Shown here: positions 38,090 to 51,918 of the stretch, piece by piece
Numbering within the stretch: the stretch's first letter is position 1
Layout of the letters: each line of letters opens with the position of its first letter
Assembly: GCA_016748015.1 (NCBI GenBank)
Contig: JAAOMT010000376.1
Coordinates: 1-64,000, forward strand
Reading direction: 5' to 3'
DNA length: 64,000 bases
From: Geosiphon pyriformis uo1
Taxonomy: Eukaryota; Fungi; Glomeromycota
Made by a program: the position numbers and the translations under genes
Notes under the pieces: generated by a model
What the model was told of the DNA's origin: nothing
Database searches by the model: none
What the model saw: the letters and a program-made list of their open reading frames with translations, nothing else

Positions 38090-41000
38090 TTTTCACGTAA
38101 TCGAAGTATGCTCTGACAGTGAAAGGGGAAAAACCTTCTCAGAAGGCAGTATCTTTCTCGATTTGAAGCAAATGACTTTATAAACTTTGGTCTAGTTCTG
38201 TTATTATTACATGTGTTAATTTTACAAAATAGCGAAAATCCCTACTACCAGGCTGTAAGTATATCAAAATATTTATTATTTACTCTTTTATATATTTATT
38301 CCGGAATCTTACTCTACTACCCACCGAGAAATATATATAACTAATCTATATTAAAAATGCAATAGTAATCAATTAATAATTAAGTGATTCTTTCTCGCGT
38401 TAGACGCTAAATTAGGCAGTTTCGGCTTTAAGTTATTATAATTAGAAAATTTTTAAACCACAAAGCTCTAATAAAAGTATTCGAATATATACATCTTAAA
38501 AATGACATTTTCAAGAATTGGAAGATGATTTTAGAAATATAAAAAGAAATTCTGATGCACTTAAAGAGTGCTAAAACTTCAAACAATAATATTTTCTTTT
38601 CTTTGTTGAAGGAATGTAAAACTCTACTCGCAATTTATAAACAGTATGATAAAAAATTGCGACAAATAATTGTCAAGACAATTAACCCATCTCGTATTGT
38701 GGTAGATAAATATTTCAAGTATGTTTTCTTTTTAGTTAATTTTTTAAGAAATCGATATTCTCACGCTTTGAATATGGTTAAATTAATCATTTACCTTTGA
38801 CACATGTTAAAAAACGTTACATCCTGCTTCGAGTAGCTTCTTCATGTCAATTTAGTTTACTAAATTGGGTTCAAACATCCAAAAAACTTTTAAATTAGAT
38901 TTAAGAATGAAACCATTGCGATCTAAAAACTCTCTCTATATTATATAATCCAGCATAGAATCGACCAACTTTGGGATATATTATAAAATGAGTTTCTGTT
39001 TAAGATATCAATTTAATTATTATCAAGTCTTTGGATAGCAAATGAAATGAATAAATTTTAAAACCACTTTGAATGATAAAATGCTTGGAAAATAAGAAAA
39101 GAAAATTAAGTTTTTTCTCCAATAATTTTTTTCAACATTTTAGTTGAATTTACGCTAAAAAATATTAATTCATGAATAATTTTTAGTTATTTGTTCACAT
39201 TAGTAGAAAAATTACATGATATCTTAATAATTAAATCAATGTTTTATTCAAAAAAAAAAACTGTAACAGAAAATTTTATAAAATTTTATAAAATAAATAT
39301 ACAAATAAAATTATTTTTGATTCTTGAATATTGAAATATTAATCTTTTTATTTATTTTTGCTCTAATTTTATATTAAAATACTCTTATATAGTTTAAATT
39401 AAATTGTTCTAAAAGAAGTTTTAAAACTGGAAATATATTTTTTATTTTTTAATTATTTTATTTTAATTCCCAAAATAAAACTATTGATAAATCACTAAGT
39501 TGAAAATACACAACGATAAATAAAATTTTATCGTTTCCTGAATTATTAATTGTGGGTTTTTTATTAATTTGTTTCTACATATAAAATATTTCTTCAATGT
39601 AAATGAAATGGTAAAATAAAAGAAAGAAAAGAGAACCAAAATCATTAAAAAAGTATTAACCAATTTTCTTTAGCATGATTACTTCTAAGCAGGTCTCATG
39701 TACATGACAAAATATATCATATTAATTTTCTTTCCAAGAAAAACTTTATTTACAACTTTAAGTATCGATAAACTAACCCAATTCATGGAGATTTAATATA
39801 ACTTAGTCAAATAAAAGCAAAGTCTGATATGGTATTGAATTAGTTCGACAATCCAGCAACGGTATTTGGAGGTGGTAGAATGAATCTTGGTTGATTTTGA
39901 AGAACAATGACCATCTTACCTCACTTTTTAAATACTATGCTAAAAAAATAAAAAATTATTATTAGTCAAGGAAATTCAAGTGGTAAATGGGTTTGAAAGT
40001 GTATGAGATGTTTTGTTTCAAGTTTTGCTGGACAGCTTGTTGATAATTTATTGGATTAATTACGTCGGCAATAGGTAGAATGGCAAAGACATTTGAAATA
40101 TGAGATGAGAAAATTCATAAGATCGGGAATTTCTAAAATAAAATTTTTTAAGTTTCCGGATTGCTAGTTTTCCACAATATTTGAATCGAGAGAAAAAGAA
40201 TCAAAATTTTTTTGTAAACTTGTATTCGGAAATTAATAAATTTTTTCCAAAAGAAATTTGTATAGAAAGATCTCCTTTAAGACTAAAAAAAGGGTTATTA
40301 TTTTGAAACATTCATGCGTTTATGATAATCGTATAAAAAAATTTAGTTTAAAATTATTAATTTTTTCATGTACAATTTTTTACTGATTACAACTTTGTTA
40401 ATTAATATTTCTTAAACCATTTATTTCAAATTGTGTATATGTTTAATTTTAAATTTTAGATAATAAATAACGATTTAACTTTTAAAATCAATGACATCTT
40501 TTACCCGAGAAACAAGAAAACTTGTACAAAATTCTCTTCTCTCCTCAAGAGATTAATAAAACAAATTTAAGAATTATATGCATTTAGAATCTCAGTATTT
40601 ATATATTAAAATATTTCAATCTTATTACAATAATAAAATTCTAAACAAATGATCTTATATTTTAACCGATTTTAAGAGTCGTTACCAAAGCTTAAATTTT
40701 AGCACCAAATTTCCCAATCAAACTTTGCTCAAATATTTAGAGGAATTTTTTCACTTTTAATAATAGATGTTTAATATTTGGTTTCTTTACTGATATCAAA
40801 TCGATTAAAATCTTTTATGAAAAAAGAAGCTAATCGTCAAAACACTCTAAGAGATACTTTTTTTATTTACGTGGTAAATTCTAAGCATTTTTAATCAATC
40901 TTGAGAAAAGATTCTTATTCTACCCTCACTAAATTGTTAAATGAATTGTTAAAAGCGCATACAATGAAGTAGATTTTACATCGATAGGAAAACTATTTAA

Positions 41001-41273
41001 TTTCCTAGAATTTAATGAAAAAAAGATTATAAATTAAAATTTTGAAAAAGAATTATAGGGTTTTCAATTTTTTACAAGTTCTACAATGGAGAATTTATTT
41101 AGGTAAACTTTTTGGAATATTTTTTTGCTGACCATATCAAAAAAAGATGTAAATTATTTGGAAAAGCTATTTCGCTTCAGGCTTAATAAATTAGAAATTA
41201 AATCTACCCTAATAGCCTTTTTGAGATAGACTCTATGAAAACTTATTACAAAAAGTTTTCCTACAAAAGGTTT

Positions 41274-42761
41274 CTAATATAAGTCCCTACAATCACCCAT
41301 TCTGATCCCAAAATAGGGACCAAAGTGATTATCCCTGCTGGAGTCTGTAATTGGTTGTCCAGCATTACATTCCTAAGATTTTATTTATATAATAAAAATA
41401 TAAGGTTTAAGCAGGTTCATAGATTTCGAAAGAAAGAATTTATTTTAAATAAATTATTTCTTCACTAACTTTATTTTCCATCGCTAAATCATCACTAGGA
41501 ATCCAGAACTTTTCTTGAATAAACTGCTGTAATCTATATTGCTTTTTTTCTTTATTTTCCTCGAATTGTCCACAATCCCATATAACTTCATTTGTGTTTT
41601 GAGGACAATCGCAATCATCTGGTCTAATCCATATTTCTCTTTCGTGATGTTGCATTATTGTGCTCTGATTTTCAATTGGAGGAAAATGTGGGAAATAATC
41701 ATCGTAACGAGTTATTCTTCTAACCTTTACTATTTCATTCATCATTCTAGCAAACATTATATTTCCGACTCTTGGTTGACCCAAAGTACCAATGGAAAAA
41801 TCAACTGATCCGTCTAAGAGATTGATTGGGACTTTAACTATACGGAGAAGATTGACTATTGCGTATAATAGGCCTGTTATTGTGGCATAAGCTGTTTGTT
41901 TTTCCATTTTAAAGGAACAGAGTCTTAAAATTAGTAAACTAAGTATATAGTACCTTCCTTTCCCCTTAAAAGAACTAACCGCCTCCAACACCGTGTCCAC
42001 AAAAAAGAATTTTTTTATATCCACTAAGCACTACTGCATTGTAGACTTGAGATAAAAGAGGATTCAACATAGCTGAAGCATCATTAAACCATTCTTGATC
42101 CACTTTTACTAGTCTATTTTCCTTCATTCCTTTGACATTAAATGTTACAAGCTGGTTTTTTCTAGCTTCCCATTGTGTTTTTGTGAAATCGGGGCCTTTA
42201 AAAAACGCAACTATTGTTTTAGTTTCAGTTTCTTTGGTTACATCAGCTATTATATTCGTGAAAATTTGGAGAAAATTTTTTCAAAAAATTAATTCGTTTA
42301 ACACATGCCGAAATTAATTGATTGAATAATACCTAATTTCAAAAAATACCAGTTATTTTGTTTGGTAAATTTATGAATTTCCCAATTAGATTACGATGAT
42401 GGCAATAAGGATAATTAGAAGCCGCAGCTATCAATAGTAATTCTAAACGATCGAGTTCATCGCTATTGGCAAGGCTAATTACTCGTTTTTTAGGGTACCC
42501 TTCATTACTATCAACTGATCTTTTTGAAAAAAAATTAATGCTGTTATTTTCAAATTTTTTTATTGGAAGTGAGAATTGAGAAATTTCTTGAATTTCATTA
42601 TAACTTTTTTGCTTTATGATTAAAAAATGGCGTGAAAAAGGATATAGGTATTTGAGATAGTTGAAATGGCAAAGAATTTTCACCAGAAGAGTTATTTGAA
42701 ATAAAAATATTAATATGGTAGAATAAGTTTTCTTCGATTTGAATAAAATAAACTTTTGCAT
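41274..42761 (-). CDS. Class-3 lipase-like protein, copy D (Ser->Gly), 4 exons
   Basis: Exon 2 open when read by hand (VAFFKGPDFT...LFCGHGVGG); exon 3 and last exon (DNHFGPYFGIRMGDCRDLY*) homologous to C. Confidence 0.9.
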
Positions 42762-45540
42762 TTTTCACGTAATCTGCCTATTCCTAAATCTACTTGAAAA
42801 GATTAGACGAATATCTTGAAAAAGTATGCTCTTGTATTTAAAGAGAAAAGCCCGATTCAGAAGGTAGCATCGTGCCCGATTTTAGAAGCATATATTTTTT
42901 TTCACAATTCTCACTTAATCAATTAAAAATTAATTTTATTTTCTTAAAAAAGTAGTTATTGACTAAAAATCCATGACTTTACAAACTTTGGTCTAGTTCT
43001 GTTTTTATTACATGTGTTAATTTTACAAAATAGCGAAAATCTCTACTACCAGGCTGTAAATATTTATTATTTAATCTTTTATATATTTATTCCGAAATAG
43101 TAATAAATTGATTCTTTCTCTCCTACTGTGATAGATAGATATTTCAAGTATGTTTTCTTTCAAAGTTGGTTTTTTTAAGAAACTGATATTCTCACGATTT
43201 GAATATGGTTAAATTAACCATTTACCTTTGACACATGTTAAAAAACGTTATATTTCTTCTTTGAGTACCTTCTTCATGTCAATTTGGTTTACTAAATTGG
43301 GTTGAAACATCCAAAGAACCTTTAAAAAAAGGATTTAAGAATGATACTGTCGCGATCTAAAAACTTTCTCTATATTAGATAATCCAGCTAGAATCGACCA
43401 AAGCTTGGGATATGTTATAAAATGAGTTTCACTTCAAGATATTAAGATCATTATCAAGCCTTTGGATGAAAATGAATAAATTTTATAACTATTTTGAATG
43501 ATAAAAAACTTTGAGTACTAAGAAAAAAAAATTAGGTTTTCTCTCAAATAATTATTTAAATTTTAGTTGAATTCACGCTAGAGAACATTAATTAATTAAT
43601 AATTTTTAGTTATTATTCAGATTTAGCGTAAAAATCATATGATATCTTAATTATGAAATTAATTTTTTATTAAAAAAACCCAATAACAGAGAATTAGTAA
43701 ATTCTTATACAATTAAAATTTATTAATCACAAAGATCAAATTATTTTACATTCTTTATAAAGTATATAAATAATAAACAACTCGTTTTTCAATTTAAATT
43801 ATCTATGATTCTTAAATATTGAAATACTTATATTTAATTATTTATTTTGTTTTCTATTCTATTTCCATTTTTATTTTATAATAATTTTTTTAATAATCGG
43901 TTTCTGAACAAAAGAACTACTGATAAATAAAGCTGAAAATATACAACAATAAATAAAGTTTTTTATTCATATTTATCAAAAAATTTAATTTTATGTATCT
44001 TTTAACTATTAATTTTGGATTTTTTATTAATTCGTTTTTATATATAATATATTTCATCATTTAAAAAATATAAAATTAATTGTTCAAGTTAATTTGACAA
44101 AGTTCACAACTTTAAATCCCTATATTGTGTGTTTCATAATACATTTTAAGTATTTATATATATTTATTGGGAATTCTATTCAACACAGTTAAACAACTTT
44201 GTCATTTTTTGAAATACTAATTGAGAATTTTTTAAATGTATTGAAATCAGTTAGTTAAAATAAAATTATTCAAAATATTAATGTATTTTAGTGAATGTAA
44301 TAATAATGACCAGATTTTGGTTTATAATAAAATAAGTTAACAGGGCTTTTCCATTTTTTTTTAATCTGCATTTTTTCTTTAATGTAAATATAAATGCCTT
44401 CAACATATTTAATAATAAGAGATTTTTGTTTTATTCAAAATTAACCAAAGGTTGAAAATAGAAAAAATGAAAATATTTCAAGTTTATTCTTAAAAAGTAA
44501 AAATTGGTGAAAACGCTAGCAATTAAACCATCATTCATTATTTGGTGCATCTAAAAGTCAATTTTTATTAACGAGAAATATCATTTTGGGGAAGGGAGGA
44601 AATTTGATTGCGAGAAAATTTTCTTAAATCAATGCATCGCACTCTTTGATATATATATATATATATGTGAATTTTATTTAAAAGTGAAATATTACTTGAA
44701 AAACTCTGAAATTTATTGTCAAAATTAAGAAATCTAATTTTTACGAAAATTTTATGCCTTTTTTATCTAATAATAATTGAGTTTATAAAAATTGCTGTAA
44801 ATCAATAAAACTTTTGTAATAAAAACATGTTCATCATTTCAAAAGAAATAAAACACCTTTTTCAGTAGTGTAAAAACTTATAGAAAATGCTCAATAGTAA
44901 TGATAAGCTCTAAATTTACAGAAATTACATTTTTAATCAATGCCTTAGAAAATATATGTTTATATTTTGTTAAGAAACACAATTAAAATAAATTGATCTC
45001 CCCTTCATTTTTTTTTATTATGAAAAAAAAAGAAATTTAATAAATATTTTATTCAAATCAAGATTAGTAGTAATATGCTTCAAGGCTTTTAGACTACACC
45101 ATTTTTTAAGAATTGGTGAAATAAATAGTTAGTCACATCTCTAGCATGTTTTGTTGTGGTATTACCAAGAAAAATAAATAAAATCAGTCATTACAAAATT
45201 TAAAACTTTCTATCTTGAAAGATTTTAGTATGTATAATATATTTTGTTTTGCAAATCAAATTTCCAATATAAATTTATTGTACTGCTTAAATAAATCTTT
45301 TTCCGTTGATTCTAAAAATCAGCAAAAAGTCTATTGTTAAAGGAAAAGCTTAGCATATATATGAAAAAATTTAATTGTTTTGATGAGTAGTTTTAAATTT
45401 CAAAGATTCTAATATTCAATGAAAATCTTTGCTGTTTTTCGGGGTTATTAACGAATGCATTTTCCGTACTGGTTCTTTAGAAAAAACCGCTTTAAACTTT
45501 TTTTTCAACAAAAAACTTGGGCCTTTTTGAAAAAAAAATC

Positions 45541-47112
45541 ATGTCACAAAATATATTAATACTTCTTTTCTTTTCTCTTCTAATCATTTGCTTTTCATTT
45601 TTCAAAGATCAAAAAGAAAACTTTTTAGCTGAAAAACTTGCTCAACTAACAAAAAAAACAAATGCAACAAAATGCCATAAAACAATTTTCCAACTTAAGT
45701 CAAAATTTAAGCGCCGAGGAAAAATTTTTCACTATAATGAACAAAAACAACAAGAGCCACTATTGATTAGTAGTGGAGGATTTGGGAAGAAAATAGAAGC
45801 TCCAAAAATGCTGATAAAAGATTACAAGATTCTTAAACTTTTCAAAGAAATGGCATATACGGCAAATGAGCCCTATTGTAAAAAAGAAAATGATGATATA
45901 ATTGGTAAAGGATTCATTGGTACGATAATTTTAAGTAAAATATTTGACTTTGAAACTTTCTTTCATATTTTAATCAAATTGTTTATTAATTTTACATAAC
46001 AAATGATTCGATTAGGTAGAGTTTTTGTTAAGATTGAATCGCGACAAATTACTGGAATTCTGAGAGGAAAGTCTTTGGAAATAATTACTGTTATTTTTAA
46101 TTAAAATATAATCAAACTTTTTTTTATACTCCAAAAGTATTTTTTCGTCTTTAGTTTAAAAAAAATCATATTCTCTTAATCACTAGGGTTAGAAGTGACT
46201 AAAAGCCAAATGGAAAAAATTAAGTTCACACTAGGAAACTTCTTCCCCGATATGGGAGTAAAAAGTAACCTCAGAATTGATTCAAATTGGTGGAATTCAT
46301 GGCCAGAGGATTGTTTAACATCAGTTAACGACAAAATAGAAGCCTCTATAAACACATTAAAAAATGGAACAGAGGCGAATAAGCCAATTCATGTTTTTCT
46401 AACTGGACATGGTATTGGTGGATGTAAGCAATTATTTAAAATTTTAATTCATTTTTTTAAAGTAAAAAGTTAAAAAGTTAACAGCTGGGATCCTCTAACT
46501 ATATATTTTAATAATTATGATATTAGTTTATGCACAAATATACGGCATATACCTAACACTGTATACAAGATATGATGAAAAGATTGCTATTACTATTATA
46601 ACTTTTGGCTCTCCACGTCCACGAGATGTTCAGCTTGAAGCTGAATTCCAGCAAAAACTTGAAGGTAATCTCAGAGTCTACAGGATCACACATAGTAATG
46701 ACTATTTCCCCCATTTTCCAAAAAAATCACGTGATGATAAACCATATATGTACCGTGGCACTGAGTATTGGATTCCAGATAGGAATTGTAATTGTGAAGA
46801 TCCTGATGCTTCCAGACTTCTTGGTGAAGGTTATGATATTATCTATGAATGTCCGGGATTTTCACGACGGGATAAAAAAAAATATGACGAAAATCAGGTA
46901 TGATTTGGTTTTTATTATAAAAAAAAGCTTTTATATAGAAAGCTAATTTAATTTATTAGTTTAGAATGATATTAAGTAAATATAAATTTTGTCTTTTTTT
47001 GTAGGGATGTAATTTAGGCACTGATGGTGAAGGAATAAGAGCTCATTATGGCCCTTATTTTGGAGTGACATTTGGAAATTGCGAAAATAATTATCCTATT
47101 GGTAGAATTTAA
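45541..47112 (+). CDS. Divergent class-3 lipase-like protein, copy E (GHGIGG; Ser->Gly), 5 exons; intron 2 needs a non-canonical GA donor, otherwise a pseudogene
   Basis: Signal/anchor MSQNILILLFFSLLIICFSFF; MAYTANEPYC; GILRG; FLTGHGIGG; TFGSPRP; RITHSNDYFPHFP; AHYGPYFG. Confidence 0.8.
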
Positions 47113-48475
47113 ATTGAAAAGTTTTCAAAAAGTTTAGAAACTGTGAAGAAAAAGTAAAAATATTTCATCATATGCAGTGTGGAAAGAAATATTTTGCCCT
47201 TTTTGTAAATAATTTTTCAAATAGCTAGTTTAAACCACTAATTATATTAATTAACGATTAGTAAGGGATTTGTTCAACACCTCTTTTTGAGTATCATCTC
47301 GCATCGTCTTTTCATAGATTTTATTCAATTCTTTTTAACGAAATCCGGAACACTTGCCCACTTCTCGATCATAAAATGCTCTAATTCTAAAAGAATGCTT
47401 TAGCAACACACAACTATTATTTTTGGATAATTATTTTGTTTAAAATGCCAGACACGTCTCGCCATTTTTAGATTACAGGTAAGTGTTTTTGCAAAATTTC
47501 TCAACATAATAAGAGCCTGCATTATTTGCTGGAAGCAGAACAGACTCGTTTTTCCCTTTAAGCAACTCCAGCGGATTCAAATATTTTTCCACAATTTTTT
47601 GGGAACTTGTGAAGAATAACTAAAAATTATTCATGAATTAATATTTTTTATCGTGAAGTCAACTAAAATATAGAAAAGAAATTATAAATAATCACTTGAG
47701 AGAAAACTTAGTTTTCTTTTCTTAGTTCTCAAAGCTTTTTATCATTCAAAATTAAGATACTTATTAAAAATGTTATAAGCCTTATTAATTTTTATTTGCT
47801 ATCGAAAGGCTTGATAATAATAATCTTGATATCTTGAAGTGAAACTCATTTTATAACATCTAATATAGAGAGAGCTTTTAGGTCGCGATGGTTTCATTCT
47901 TAAATCTAATTTAAAGGTTTTTTGGATGTTTCAACCCAATTTAGTAAACCAAATTGACATGAAGAAGCTACTCGAAGCAGGATATAACGTTTTTTAACAT
48001 GTGTCAAAGGTAAATGGTTAATTTAACCATATTCAAATCGTGAGAATATCGGTTTCTTAAAAAAACCAACTTTGTAAGAAAACATACTTGAAATATCTAT
48101 CTATCACAGTAGGAGAGAAAGAATCAATTTATTACTATTTCGGAATAAATATATAAAAGATTAAATAATAAATATTTACAGCCTGGTAGTAGAGATTTTC
48201 GCTATTTTGTAAAATTAACACATGTAATAATAACAGAACTAGACCAAAGTTTATAAAGTCATATATTCTTTGTCAAAAACTACTTTTTTAAGAAAAATAA
48301 AATAAAATTATTAATTGATTAAGTGAGAATTTTGAATAAAAATATATGTTTCTAAAATCGGGCACGATGCTACCTTCTGAATCGGGCTTTTCTCTTTAAA
48401 TACAAGAGCATACTTTTTCAAGATATTCGTCTAATCTTTTCAAGTAGATTTAGGAATAGGCAGATTACGTGAAAA

Positions 48476-48760
48476 ATGCAAAAGTTTATTTTATTCAAAT
48501 CGAAGAAAACTTATTCTACTATATTAATATTTTTATTTCAAATAACTCTTCTGGTGAAAATTCTTTGCCATTTCAACTATCTCAAATACCTATATTCTTT
48601 TTCACGCCATTTCTTAATCATAAAGCAAAAAAGTTATAATGAAATTCAAGAAATTTCTCAAATCTCACTTCCAATAATAACATTTGAAAATAACAGCATT
48701 AATTTTTTTTCAAAAAGATAAGTTGATGGTAATGAAGGGTACCCTAAAAAACGAATAATT
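48476..48760 (+). pseudogene. Truncated lipase-like copy F (exon 1 only, premature stop TCA->TAA at 48719-48721)
   Basis: N-terminus nearly identical to copy D (MQKFILFKSKKTYSTILIFLFQITLLVKILCHF); homology ends abruptly at ~48760; upstream ~47615-48475 is an inverted copy of the C/D upstream region. Confidence 0.88.
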
Positions 48761-49875
48761 GAAGAGAAACATTTGAATACTCTCATTAAATATCCAACAT
48801 GTCTGTAGCATATTTTTTTTTCTTCTATTTTAAAATCAATAGTGTTGTCACCCAACAAAATTTTTTATCATAAGTTGACCTACTATTATTATTAATAATT
48901 TCATCTAAAATTTATCTTGTGTAAAATATACAACTGCATCAATGAATTTGAATAGATCAAATAAAAAGTTTTAGCCTTTATTTAAAATGCTATAGTAGTT
49001 ATAAATATTTTCTAAAAATTTATTTATAAAAGCCTAATAAATGATAAGAATCTAGGAAAATAATTGCAAAGTTTTGCTATTGTTTGCATTCAAGGAAGAT
49101 TTAAAGAAACTTTATAATACTCTGTAAGTTTAACCTTTTGATTTTTCAATTAAAAAGTAAAGTCCTTCTAAAAGGGCGTTGGCTTTTATAAAAAATAAAA
49201 ATATTATTTAAATTAGATATTTCAATTATAAACTACATGTAATATCATACGCAGTCTTATCTTTACAGAATATTTCAGGTTGCCTCCACCCACACCATGA
49301 CCCTTAAATATAACCCTGAATTTTTCGATACAATTGAGACAATATAACTTGTACATTCATAACCCAAATTTTGTCAACCCATGTATTATCAGGAGGCCTA
49401 TTAAAGAGAGGACCAAAATCAAATTTATTAAATATTTTGGTCGCATTTTTCATTCGCTGTGACTCAAGTTTTTTCCTCGAAAATAGATTATAATTTCTTT
49501 TTCTTTTAGGTCTAGATGAATATCACCTATAGAAAGTAATTAAATCAAATTCAAAGGAAATCTAAAAAAAGTTGCATTTAAGTCTCCAGCCTGAGAATAC
49601 CTTTAAAAAAAATTTAGTTATCAATTGTACCGGGAACCTCGTTTCCAATATCAATTTTATGGCTACAGTACCCTAGTGCTATGCGGGCAAGTAAATCCCA
49701 TGGCTACTTATGAGGAAGGAGAGACCTCAATAATTTTCTGCATTTTTAATGTAACTTGAGGTTTTCTTTTGTTGGATGTGAATTTAACTAATGGCTGATG
49801 TTATATTTGTTTTCTTTAGGGTTCAACTTATAAATTCAAAAGATTTGTGGGAGGTAAAAAATAATATTATCACTA

Positions 49876-49876
<1 letters not shown>

Positions 49877-49910
<34 letters not shown>
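49877..49910. repeat. (TAAA)n microsatellite
   Basis: Direct reading of tandem taaa units. Confidence 0.9.
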
Positions 49911-50533
49911 AAATAAAAAGAATGTATAAAGTGAGGTTTTTATGAAAAACTGCTCTGAATTTTTTTTTCTGACTTTACTCAAAGAAAATTTTGTGAAATA
50001 GATTGAGATTAAATTTAAAAAATTGTTTCATTCATTATGAAAAAAAACTTATCCCATATTTTGTAGAGATTTTGTGTGCAGAAAAATTCTCTTAAAATAC
50101 AGAATATTTCTTTGAAATATTTATTTGGATTTTCATTGACGAAATTTTCACATATTTTGATTAATGCATGTATATATATCATCAATCGGGAAATTTTTAT
50201 CCTTTATTGTTTTTGGCTAAATATTAAGATTTGACAAGAAAAAAGAGATAAAATATAAACTATAGTGTTAAACCAAAACTTATTACCCACCTGATTAACT
50301 TTGGTTTCAACAAGATAATCCAAGATCACACAACTCTAAAAAAATTTTTCAAAGAAAACAAAGTTTGAATGTTGAGGTCAAGAATAAAAGGTTTGACCAA
50401 AACTAGATCATTGATCTTAAACCGTTTTGTTCAAAAAAATTGACGTGACATATCATCTGAATTTATTTTGAACCAGAAAAAAGTGTAATATATAATAAGT
50501 TATCAAAGTAAAAGCTAATTTATTTTTGCCAAA

Positions 50534-51918
50534 TCAAAAAAAATTATCGCATTGACCAAAAATAACTCCAAAATATGGTCCATGATGAGCATTGACACCA
50601 ATTCCATTTGTTCCAGCGTTGCATTCCTAAATTTTATAAAGTAGAGTCAAAATTTAATTTATCATATAACTTAAAACATTCAACACTTGCCATATTTTCA
50701 ACAGCTTTTTGTGAAGCCTTTTTTGCAGAAGAACATTTGTACACCTGATAATTTTTTTCATTTTTGATCTTTTTATCAGCTGTTTTGTCATAGCACTCAC
50801 AATCTTCAATAATCCAGTACTCAGTCTCATGATGCACGTATTTGATACCAGATTGAGATTTTTTAGGAAAATGTGGAACATAGTCATTGGTATGGGTGAC
50901 ACGAAATATTGGCATTAATGATGCTAATCTTTTAGCATAATAATCATTTCCAATCCTTGGCTGTCCAAATGTGACAACTGTGATAGAATTTATATATTTG
51001 TCGAATGGATTTTGTATTTTTATTGTCCCTAAAATCATCATTGCCAATAACATGGCATACGCTATGAGAAAGAATAAAATTCCAAAATTTAATTTCTGAA
51101 ACCATAATTATTTTAAAAAAATAAATTATGAGAGCATCACTTACCACCTCCAATACTATGACCAGTTACAACTATAGAAACGTTATTTTTAGGAATCAAT
51201 TGGCTTAATAGTAATACCTTTGCGATTAATCTATCTTTAAGTGGGGTATCAATTACTTTGTGTAAATTTGTATCAATAAGATGTGGGGGATTATCTCGAA
51301 GTTTCGTGAAATAACATTTTCTGGATTGCCATTGACTTAGCGTCAATTCAGGTCCTTTTCAGAATTTTAATAAAGCTTTTTAGAAACTTGAAAAAATTTT
51401 TAATTCATAAAATAAATTAATATATCGTACCTCGAGCGTATATTAATATATCTTGACTTTCTGGGTCCACAAAAGCGTCAGCTTTAAGAAAGATGAAGTC
51501 AGGATGAAAATATTAAAACTCAAAATATCATCTGAACTGAATAAATATCAAAGGAAAGCGGCTTACTTATTATTTGTGGACTCCCAGCTCCAATTTCGTC
51601 ACTTTTAGAACAATATGGCGTATTGGCTACATGAGCCATTCGCTTCAAAAAGGCTAAAGTCATAGGATCGGAGACTGGTACTATGGGAAATGTATTTTGC
51701 TTCAAATCGAAACCTTTTCCGCTACTGATAAATATTGGTTCTTTATGCCTTGAATCTTTAGACCAAGAGATTCCACTATCTTCTAAAGTGAGTTGTGAAG
51801 ACGTAAAATTTGATGATAATCTTTCTGCAAGTACTTGTGTATTGTCATTAAAGAGACTCATTATCAGTGTCAATATATTGTTGAAGAAAATACAGTATTT
51901 GAAATCCGAAGAAATCAT
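50534..51918 (-). CDS. Class-3 lipase, copy G; the only copy with an intact nucleophile (GHSIGG); 5 exons, last intron GC-AG
   Basis: MAHVANTPYC; LIYARGP; VVTGHSIGGAYAML; TFGQPRIGN; RVTHTNDYVPHFP; HHETEYW; AHHGPYFG; Ser-Asp-His all present. Confidence 0.9.

Larger units (their letters stand above)
35487..43690 (-). repeat. Direct segmental duplication (~35487-39250 vs ~40187-43690) containing copies C and D
   Basis: gagagaaaaagaatcaaaatttttt begins near-identical blocks at ~35487 and ~40187 (offset ~4.7 kb); upstream regions also align; boundaries approximate. Confidence 0.85.
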
